From Promethearchaeota archaeon (lineage in GTDB: Archaea; Asgardarchaeota; Lokiarchaeia; Sigyniarchaeales; SOKP01): a stretch of 23,747 nucleotides of DNA. Where the stretch lies: assembly GCA_048941285.1 (NCBI GenBank), contig JBHLNS010000048.1, positions 1 through 23,747 on the forward strand. The letters run 5' to 3'. Below, one piece after another: positions 1-7,744 of this stretch; positions within the stretch are counted from its first letter, which is position 1; every line of letters starts with the position of its first letter. The notes below the pieces were generated by a model. The model did no database searches and had not been told where the DNA came from. It saw only the letters and a list, made by a program, of their open reading frames with translations. The position numbers were made by a program, and so were the translations under genes.

Positions 1-668
1 CTTAATTTCTTTTGGAAATCTAAATTAATAAATGTATCAAAGATGTTATAAGCATGTCCAAGAAGGAGAAATCTAAGATCTCCCTTATTTTTTTTCTTCG
101 GTAAAGTAAACGGTCGATTATATTCTACAAGCCTTAAAGCATGATTTACAGGTGCTCCATCCTGTAAAAATTTATGATATTTATCAAAATATTTTTGTGC
201 TTCTCTATAAGCATTCAGTGATTCATTTTGATTTCTGCCTAATTCTTTACCTAATTCAATAGCAGAAGTAGCAATTGGAAACTCTTTTACATTCACTTCA
301 AAATTTAAAATTTTGGGGACTTCTGGCAATATTTTGATAACATCTGGCAAGGATAAAGATTTTGGGCAGAAAAAGGCTTCTTTAACTTCTGCTACATATC
401 TAGGTACAAAAATATAATCTAAATCTGGATGGTCGCGGACTAATTTTAATACTTGACCATAATAAATTTTAACAGGAATACAGAGCTCTCCAAATCCGTG
501 AGTTACACCCTCTTCAACGATTTTTTTATTAGTCGGAGGACTTAAAATGATTTCAGCATCTAATTCCTCAAGAAGCTTTTTCCAAAAGGGAAAATATCTA
601 TAAAAATGAAGCGCTCGTGGAATACCAACTTTTATCTTTTTCTTGCTCGATTGTTCACTCGATTCCAT
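1..668 (-). CDS. Partial gene running off the left edge: CoA-substrate enzyme activase-related / DUF2229-like protein (2-hydroxyacyl-CoA dehydratase activator-associated family)
   Basis: Not in the ORF track. ATG at 668 has GAGG upstream and opens MESSEQSSKKKIKVGIPRALHFYRYFPFWKKLLEELDAEIILSPPTNKKIVEEG...ELCIPVKIYYG...FFCPK...LLLGHAYN, with no stop before position 1. The VGIPRAL, C-x-PVK and CPK motifs are typical of this family. It starts 20 bp after the upstream stop. Confidence 0.8.
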   Translation of the reverse strand, partial: MESSEQSSKKKIKVGIPRALHFYRYFPFWKKLLEELDAEIILSPPTNKKIVEEGVTHGFGELCIPVKIYYGQVLKLVRDHPDLDYIFVPRYVAEVKEAFFCPKSLSLPDVIKILPEVPKILNFEVNVKEFPIATSAIELGKELGRNQNESLNAYREAQKYFDKYHKFLQDGAPVNHALRLVEYNRPFTLPKKKNKGDLRFLLLGHAYNIFDTFINLDFQKKL

Positions 669-688
669 TTATTTAATTCCTCAGTACC

Positions 689-2365
689 TTATGCGTCCGG
701 TGTATCATAAAGAAGCAGATCTCTAATTTGGTCCATCAAATTTGCCGTTAATCTTTTAAGTTCGTCATAATCTGGCATAGGCTTATCCCAATATTTTTGA
801 TGCTCCATAAATGGCGGACCAGCTTTTAAAATCTGACCTTTGTAAAATTTCAGCATTTTAGCATGCTTTGGATAAGTTCTTTCGGTACCTGTTATTCCTA
901 TGGGAATTATAGGTACTTTTGTTTGAATTGCTAATCGCATGGGACCCGTATGGCCCTCTAAAAGTTGACCATTTCCCAGATTGGTAGTCCCTTCTGGATA
1001 TGTGCACACACATTCTCCTTGTTCAAGAAGCTCTCTTGCATATGTAAACGCATCCACGTCGTGCATTCCTCGTTTTAATGGAAATGCATGATGATTTCGT
1101 ACCCATGCATTAACGAGTGGTATTTTAAAGAGTGATTGTTTTGACATCTGCCACATTATTCTTCTTGGTTCATGATGAATTAGAGTTGTAGCCAGTATGA
1201 GTACATCCCATTCAGAATTATGACTTGGGCAAAGAAGAACGCCGCCTTCTTTTGGTACATATTTATCAAAATCTATAGCTTTGTATGGCATCATTAGATC
1301 AGACCAACCACTTACTAATTCACCTGAGAATGCCATCACAGTTTTTTGAAATTGTCTTCGCACTCCAAACTCTTCTAAGGTTTTTAAAAGAGCATACCAT
1401 GAATCATCTATGAGCCTAAGAAATCCTTTTCCTTGATCTTTCAAATAAGTCATGAAATCAAATTTTGGTTTTTTCTCAACTTCTTCAGGTGAACCTATGG
1501 AAAGTGCTTCATTTTCTTCCCTTCCATAAATATTTTCCCGTAATTCCCATACAATACTCCTTAAATCATCAGTTAATCTACGAATATCATCATATGATAC
1601 AGTGTTAATATCATAGTCATGATAATAAATTGGATCACCTACTCGAACTATTACTTGAGTTGGTTTCATTACCAGATTGCCTTTTGGTAATGCATTTCTA
1701 GATCCAATAACAGCCATAGGAACTATTGGAACATCCATTTCAATAGCAAGCCGAACTGCACCAGTTTTAAATTCTCCTAATTCTCCATCATAACTCCTAG
1801 TTCCCTCTGGAAATATTCCAACCCACTCTCCGCCTTGGATAATGTTTTTAGCTTTTTCCCAACCCAATTCTGGATTTTCCCTGTCTATTTTAAAAGCTCC
1901 AAGGTTATTGAAGAGAGTTCTTACTATTGGTGTCTTAAAATTGTCAAGTTTGCTCATGTAGCGAATTCTACGATGGCAAGCCGCTCCATAGAAGAATGGG
2001 TCAATATGTGATTCGTGATTTCCCACCAAAATACCTGGGCCATATTCTGGGAACATATTCCCTTTAGGATACTCCGCTTTAAAATTCCAGAATGTCCGGA
2101 CAGCCCATTTAATATAAATATATGCCGCCCACCATTGTAAACGTCCTTCTATTTGCTTTAAATCTAATCGTTTAATTATATAACGATATAAATCATTCAG
2201 AGGATCGATAGGGTTATATTTTAAAATTTTATACAACCAATTTTGGTGGCGTTTCTCTAACCTTAGTTCTTCTTGCATTTTTTCTTCGATATGCTTTTTG
2301 AGATCTAACTCTCGAGCAGTTTCGGCTCCAGTTTTACTTACTTTTTCTAATTCCATAATTTTCAC
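689..2365 (-). CDS. Tandem two-domain lysophospholipid / 1-acyl-glycerol-3-phosphate acyltransferase (2x PlsC-like)
   Basis: Two complete motif sets: NHESHID...FPEGTRS...IVP and SHNSEWD...YPEGTT...IIPIG (HX4D and PEGT blocks). The real start may be the ATG at 2356. Confidence 0.9.
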   Translation of the reverse strand: MKIMELEKVSKTGAETARELDLKKHIEEKMQEELRLEKRHQNWLYKILKYNPIDPLNDLYRYIIKRLDLKQIEGRLQWWAAYIYIKWAVRTFWNFKAEYPKGNMFPEYGPGILVGNHESHIDPFFYGAACHRRIRYMSKLDNFKTPIVRTLFNNLGAFKIDRENPELGWEKAKNIIQGGEWVGIFPEGTRSYDGELGEFKTGAVRLAIEMDVPIVPMAVIGSRNALPKGNLVMKPTQVIVRVGDPIYYHDYDINTVSYDDIRRLTDDLRSIVWELRENIYGREENEALSIGSPEEVEKKPKFDFMTYLKDQGKGFLRLIDDSWYALLKTLEEFGVRRQFQKTVMAFSGELVSGWSDLMMPYKAIDFDKYVPKEGGVLLCPSHNSEWDVLILATTLIHHEPRRIMWQMSKQSLFKIPLVNAWVRNHHAFPLKRGMHDVDAFTYARELLEQGECVCTYPEGTTNLGNGQLLEGHTGPMRLAIQTKVPIIPIGITGTERTYPKHAKMLKFYKGQILKAGPPFMEHQKYWDKPMPDYDELKRLTANLMDQIRDLLLYDTPDA

Positions 2366-2472
2366 TTAGTATTATTAAAAGAAGTGTGAAAATTTAATAA
2401 AAATATAATCTTTTCAGCTGAATTAATTTTACTTAAAGACTTGTTTATTTAAAAAATTAATGGTTAGAGTAA

Positions 2473-2583
2473 TACGCTAAAAAGTATGATTATTTTGGGG
2501 GCTGAAATTAAGAGATCATTAGCAATTAAATCATAAATACCTAAAAACCACCAAAATTCGTCACTTGAAATTAGTTTAGCGTA
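2473..2583. repeat. Long imperfect inverted repeat / hairpin in intergenic DNA
   Basis: TACGCTAAA (2473-2481) is the perfect reverse complement of TTTAGCGTA (2575-2583). Inner arms AAGTATGATTATTTTGGGGG and ACCACCAAAATTCGTCACTT pair imperfectly. Confidence 0.5.
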
Positions 2584-2601
2584 AATGGTTTAAAAAGGGC
2601 T

Positions 2602-3336
2602 CTAATTTTTTAATATGCTTAATAAATCATCTAAAGACTTAATTAAAAGGTCAGGTTTATATTCAGTTAAAATTTCAGATTTACTTACTCCACTTGCTAC
2701 CGCAATAGTCCAAAAACCTGCTTCTCGACCAGCTGTGATATCTGAAGGCATATCACCTATCATCAAAAATTCATCTCTGCGGCGTTTCTCATAATTTTCT
2801 AAAGTTGGCTGAAGTGCCATTGGATCCGGCTTTTGAATAGGTATTTTATCGCTTCCATAAACTCCTTTAAATGCTTTCTCAAATCCTACTTTTTCTAAAT
2901 GTTCGATTATTGTCTTTGTCTTATTATGAGAAACAATAAATAAATCAGAATTTTTGCCTAATTCTTTTAATAAGGATTTCACAGCTGGGAAAAAAAGAGC
3001 TTCCTTAGCATACTCAAGATATTTAGCAAAAATTTTAACAGCTATTTGCAATTTTTTAAAATAAGTTAATCCTTCAAGTGCACTTATATGATTAAATATA
3101 TTGTAAGATTCAAGCAAGACCTTAGGAAGTGGATATCCCTGAATGGTTTCCAATAAAGCACCGATTTCTTGTATTGTAGTTTCCATATCTATAGTTAAAT
3201 TTTTTTCTCCTAAAATTTCTTCAATTGATTTTTCAATAATTTCTCTGATATCAAGTAAAGTTCCATCAAAATCGAATATTATCCCACGGAGTGAACCTTT
3301 TTGAAGTAATTCTATTAATTGCTTATCTCTACTCAT
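2602..3336 (-). CDS. HAD-superfamily phosphatase (phosphoglycolate-phosphatase-like, subfamily IA)
   Basis: Motif I IIFDFDGTL, motif II VSH, motif III KPDP, motif IV IGDMPSDITAG. Confidence 0.9.
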   Translation of the reverse strand: MSRDKQLIELLQKGSLRGIIFDFDGTLLDIREIIEKSIEEILGEKNLTIDMETTIQEIGALLETIQGYPLPKVLLESYNIFNHISALEGLTYFKKLQIAVKIFAKYLEYAKEALFFPAVKSLLKELGKNSDLFIVSHNKTKTIIEHLEKVGFEKAFKGVYGSDKIPIQKPDPMALQPTLENYEKRRRDEFLMIGDMPSDITAGREAGFWTIAVASGVSKSEILTEYKPDLLIKSLDDLLSILKN

Positions 3337-3382
3337 ACTGTTAAAAAAGGTGGAACTGTTAAAAATTTTTTGTAATATCGAA

Positions 3383-4066
3383 TCAAGAAAGGAGTTGTTT
3401 TATAGCACCAAAAGCTTGATAAATTTCACATATAAGGAGTGTATAAATTATTACTTTTTGCCCTGTAACATAAATAAATAGAACAGCTGAGATATTATTA
3501 TTTGGAATAAAAAATAAAGCTATATAATATATTATCAAAACACCTGATGTAATTGCACATACAATTGCATAAGATTTTGGATAATCCTTATTCTGAAATA
3601 GTACAATTGTGAATAAACTTATAGATATAAAAATAGATCCAAATCCAAGTAGCACAAAAAAATCATGCCAAAAACCAAGAATATCTGAGGGTGTGAAAGC
3701 AATACCGATAAAAAAAATTCCAGTAAGAATGCCAAAAAGGGAACTAATGATACTTATAAATTTTATTCTTCTAGTCTTTTTAAAAAAACTAGGTAAAGCC
3801 ACATAAAATGGGATTTGAAATATTCCCCATAAATTTAATGTTATCATAAATAGAAGAGAAGAAATTATATTTGGATTTCCCGAATGTGCAGAAATCCGCC
3901 CTAAATCGCTAAAATAGTTATACCAGAAGATGTAACCTTGAGTAAAAGGATCAGCATAAGTCCCTCCTCCATAATAAAACATAGCAATACTCGTCAAGAT
4001 AATGAATTGACTACAGCCAAAAATGTTTAAAATAAAAGCCCAGAATTTCCAATTTCTTTGGTGCAT
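3383..4066 (-). CDS. Multi-pass membrane protein, DUF998-like
   Basis: About 6 hydrophobic segments, NYFSDLG motif after the first helix, and G..P.D....H in the middle (GIAFTPSDILGFWH). Confidence 0.65.
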   Translation of the reverse strand: MHQRNWKFWAFILNIFGCSQFIILTSIAMFYYGGGTYADPFTQGYIFWYNYFSDLGRISAHSGNPNIISSLLFMITLNLWGIFQIPFYVALPSFFKKTRRIKFISIISSLFGILTGIFFIGIAFTPSDILGFWHDFFVLLGFGSIFISISLFTIVLFQNKDYPKSYAIVCAITSGVLIIYYIALFFIPNNNISAVLFIYVTGQKVIIYTLLICEIYQAFGAIKQLLS

Positions 4067-4189
4067 TGAATATTTTTTGATAATCTTACTTAAAATTTAA
4101 ATAATCACAGAATCAATAAATTAAAAACTTAAAAAAAATTTAGATTTGTAATTAGGAGATATTTTGGTAATACGAGAAAATTACTTAAA

Positions 4190-4957
4190 GTGGTTTTTAT
4201 GAGCGAATTTTTTATATTTAACATTTTAATGATCACTTTTAGTTTATCTTCAATAATAGTTTTTATTCTTTTATTCCAGATTCCTGCTGGGTATGGGCAA
4301 CATATTAATAAAAAATGGGGGCCAAGTATTAATAATAGACTTGGATGGGTTTTGATGGAAATTCCTACAGTTATTATTTATTTAATTTACTATCTCATTG
4401 GAGATCGAAAGCTAGAAATAGTTCCACTCATTTTTACGGCAATATGGATGCTACATTACATTCACCGTACATTTATCTTCCCATTATTAATTCGTGGTAA
4501 TCAATCAATGCCTATAACAATTATTTTGATGGGAATTATATTTAATGGAGTCAATTCTTACTTACAAGCAAGATGGATTTATAAATTTTCATTTTCATAT
4601 GCCATATCTTGGATATTAAACCCGCTTTTTATAACGGGAATTTTAATATTCTTTATTGGTTTTTTTATTAATCTCCATTCCGATTATCTAATCCGTAATT
4701 TAAGAAAACCCGGAGAAACTGAATACAAAATCCCATACGGTGGAATGTTTAAATATGTTAGTTGTCCTAGTTATTTGGGTGAAATAACAGAATGGACTGG
4801 TTGGGCAATTATGACATGGTCATTTCCAGGACTTGTATTCGCTATATGGACGTTTGCAAATTTAGCACCTAGAGCCCGAACTAATCATTTATGGTATATT
4901 AGAACATTTCCAGAATATCCCAATAATCGAAAAGCACTGATTCCCTATCTTTTTTAG
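4190..4957 (+). CDS. 3-oxo-5-alpha-steroid 4-dehydrogenase (SRD5A/DET2-like membrane enone reductase)
   Basis: YGQH, GWVLMEIP, HYIHRTFIFP, NLHSDYLIRNLRKPGETEYKIPYGGMFKYVSCPSYLGEITEWTGWA and ANLAPRA match SRD5A1/2 signatures. The start may be the ATG at 4199. Confidence 0.9.
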   Translation: MVFMSEFFIFNILMITFSLSSIIVFILLFQIPAGYGQHINKKWGPSINNRLGWVLMEIPTVIIYLIYYLIGDRKLEIVPLIFTAIWMLHYIHRTFIFPLLIRGNQSMPITIILMGIIFNGVNSYLQARWIYKFSFSYAISWILNPLFITGILIFFIGFFINLHSDYLIRNLRKPGETEYKIPYGGMFKYVSCPSYLGEITEWTGWAIMTWSFPGLVFAIWTFANLAPRARTNHLWYIRTFPEYPNNRKALIPYLF

Positions 4958-4961
4958 GCGA

Positions 4962-5024
4962 ATTATTAAGGATCATGCCAATAAAATAGGGTTCTTCTCC
5001 TGTGGTACAAGGGCTTGCTAATGT
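4962..5024 (-). pseudogene. Short remnant resembling the CheR methyltransferase SAM-binding motif
   Basis: Minus-strand translation TLASPCTTGEEPYFIGMILNN against the CheR consensus WSAGCSTGEEPYSIAMLL. An in-frame TGA precedes it and the similarity does not continue. Confidence 0.45.
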
Positions 5025-5305
5025 TCACAAAATAAAGATATACAACTTCAAATTTACAGTTCAATAATATAAATCTTGAATTAATACTTTAAAAGAAAAA
5101 AAATAAGAATCAAAATAAAATTTAAAATTCTTCAAATATTAGTTACTTTTTTAGATTTCTAAAAGCTCTCTAAAACTTTTCAATTCCACTATTCTTAGTT
5201 CATTTTCCTCCATATTTTCATTAACTACATATTGTTTAACAATTGAAATAAATTCCATAGATTTCAACCCTTTCAAAGCTGTTGAATTACAAAGTAAAAA
5301 GAGTT

Positions 5306-7666
5306 CTAAATTAATGTATGTTCTGTTCTTTTAATAATCTCATCTTGTAAAGTTGAGCCTAGATTCACAAAATAATCACTATACCCTGCAACTCTTACAA
5401 TTAAATTTCTATATTTTTCTGGATTTTTTTGTGCTGCTCGGAGTGTGTCTGCTGAAACTACATTAAATTGAATGTGATGACCATTCATTTCAAAGTATGC
5501 TCTAATTAAGTGCCCAAGTTTATTAATTCTATTCTCATCTGAAAGAAAATGCGGAGTAAATTTTTGATTTAATAATGTTCCACCAGTTCGTAGGTGATCT
5601 ATTTTTCCAGCTGATTTAATAACAGCAGTTGGGCCTTTAATATCCATTCCTTGAACTGGAGAAATTCCCTCTGATAATGGCATATATGCTTTTCTCCCAT
5701 CTGGAGTAGCTCCTGTTACTTGACCAAAATAAACATGTACTGTTGTAGGAAGTAGATTAATACGATGTACACCGCCTTTTGTATTAGGGCGGTTATCGAT
5801 TGCATCATAAACAATTTCAAAAACTTGAGTAGTTATTGAATCAGCATAATCATCATCATTTCCATATTTAGGAGTTTTATAGAGTAATTTCTGGTGAATA
5901 GTATCGTATCCTTCAAAATTCTTATCTAAAACTTTTAACATATCTTCCATAGAGATAATCTTCTTATCGAATACATTATATTTAATAGAAGTCAAGCAAT
6001 CAGTAATACTACCTATTCCTACTATTTGTATATAAGAAGTGTTATATTTTGCACCACCGTCATTATAATCCTTCCCATTCTTGATACAATCATCAATCAA
6101 TATCGATAAGAATGGTGCGGGATTTTGTGCCCAAATACGCTCGATAATCTGATTTCCCTTTATTTTAACATCTACAAAATGCTTAATTTGCTTGTTGAAT
6201 GCTTCAAATAAGTCATTAAACGTTCTAAATGTCACAGGATCACCAGTTTTCAATCCAATCTGCTTTTTAGTCAGAGGATCAAAACCATTATTATGTGTTA
6301 TTTCAAGAATTTTTACTAAATTAAAATAACCTGTTAAAATATAGGCTTCTTTTCCAAAAGCTCCGGATTCAACGCAACCACTTGCTCCCCCATTTCGAGC
6401 ATCTATTATAGATTTTCCTTGTCTCGTTAATTCATGAATAATTGCATCAGTATTAAAAATTGAAGGTTGTCCAAAACCAGTTTTCACAATTTCAAGAGCT
6501 CGTCTTAAAAACTTGTCTGGGGTCTTTTTACTAATTTGGACATTACTACTTGGTTGTAATATACGCATTCCCTCAATTACATCTAGTAGCATGTAAGACA
6601 TTTCATTAACTCCGTCAGATCCATCCTCCTTAAGGCCACCAATATTAATATTGCAAAAATCAGTATAAGTATTGCTTTCTTCTGCTGTAACTCCAACTTT
6701 TGGAGGTGCTGGTTGATTATTAAACTTGATCCAAAATGCTTGAAGTAGCTCATACGCCTCTTCTTTTGTTAAGATTCCCTTTTCAATATCATTTTTGTAG
6801 AATCGATAGAGATGCTGATCTAAGCGTCCAGGATTGAAAGAATCCCACGTATTATACTCAGTTATGACACCTAAATGAATAAACCAATAATGTTGAAGTG
6901 CTTCCCAAAATGTTCTAGGTGCTTTTCTGGGGACATTAGAACAAATAGCAGATATTTTTTCTAACTCTTTTCTTCTGTCTGGGTTTGATTCTATACTTGC
7001 TAATCGATTAGCCTCTTTAGCATAGCGATCAGCAAAATTAATTATTGCATCAGCGGCAATATTCATTGCTCTTAATTGCTCTCTCTTATTATAGGCAGTG
7101 GGATCATTGTAAAAATCTAAAATTTCTATGCTTTCTTTTATTTCTTGCTTGAAATCTAAAAATCCTTTTTCCCATATATTTTTCCCAGCAACAGTATGTC
7201 CAGGTGCTCTCTGTTCCATAAATTCTGTGAAAATACCTGCTTCATAAGCGGTAATCCACTCATTATCAACTTGAGAGAAGATTTTATCCCGAATAGATCT
7301 TCCTTTCCAAAAAGGTATTATAATCTCTTTTGTTTTTTGTTTTACTTCTTCAGATACTTTAAAGGAAATTTTTTCACGGGTATTTAGGATGTCTAAATCT
7401 TGCAAACTGTGACAACAAACTTCTGGATATGTAGGAGTTGCCTTAGGTTCTGGACCGCGTTCCCCTACAATTAGCTCTCCTTCATTAATACATATCTTTT
7501 TATTTTGTATTATATATTTAAATGCTTTAGCTCTGGCAATTGGAGCAGAAAATTTATGAGCCGCACCAGTTTTATAAAAATCTGTTATTAAAAGAGCTCG
7601 TTCTAATGAAAAGTAAGGAATAGCATTGCGACTTTGATTTCGTAATTTCCTTATTCGTTCATTCAT
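5306..7666 (-). CDS. hypD: Glycyl radical enzyme, trans-4-hydroxy-L-proline dehydratase (HypD type)
   Basis: Gly loop IVRVAGYS and Cys loop GCVE. HypD-specific stretches PTYPEVCCH, FTEFMEQRAPGHTV, WDSFNPGRLDQHL, KFNNQPAPPKVG...ESNTYTDF, AYILTGY and LPTT closely match the Clostridioides HypD sequence as I recall it. Confidence 0.88.
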   Translation of the reverse strand: MNERIRKLRNQSRNAIPYFSLERALLITDFYKTGAAHKFSAPIARAKAFKYIIQNKKICINEGELIVGERGPEPKATPTYPEVCCHSLQDLDILNTREKISFKVSEEVKQKTKEIIIPFWKGRSIRDKIFSQVDNEWITAYEAGIFTEFMEQRAPGHTVAGKNIWEKGFLDFKQEIKESIEILDFYNDPTAYNKREQLRAMNIAADAIINFADRYAKEANRLASIESNPDRRKELEKISAICSNVPRKAPRTFWEALQHYWFIHLGVITEYNTWDSFNPGRLDQHLYRFYKNDIEKGILTKEEAYELLQAFWIKFNNQPAPPKVGVTAEESNTYTDFCNINIGGLKEDGSDGVNEMSYMLLDVIEGMRILQPSSNVQISKKTPDKFLRRALEIVKTGFGQPSIFNTDAIIHELTRQGKSIIDARNGGASGCVESGAFGKEAYILTGYFNLVKILEITHNNGFDPLTKKQIGLKTGDPVTFRTFNDLFEAFNKQIKHFVDVKIKGNQIIERIWAQNPAPFLSILIDDCIKNGKDYNDGGAKYNTSYIQIVGIGSITDCLTSIKYNVFDKKIISMEDMLKVLDKNFEGYDTIHQKLLYKTPKYGNDDDYADSITTQVFEIVYDAIDNRPNTKGGVHRINLLPTTVHVYFGQVTGATPDGRKAYMPLSEGISPVQGMDIKGPTAVIKSAGKIDHLRTGGTLLNQKFTPHFLSDENRINKLGHLIRAYFEMNGHHIQFNVVSADTLRAAQKNPEKYRNLIVRVAGYSDYFVNLGSTLQDEIIKRTEHTLI

Positions 7667-7744
7667 TATTTAAATACTAAATGAAATATTAAAACTATAT
7701 AATTATTGAACATAAAGAATTGAAGTTATAAAAAAATAATCCCA

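Noticed and set aside
3609-3806. 65-aa plus-strand ORF
   Set aside because: Antisense shadow inside the DUF998-like gene; no motif.
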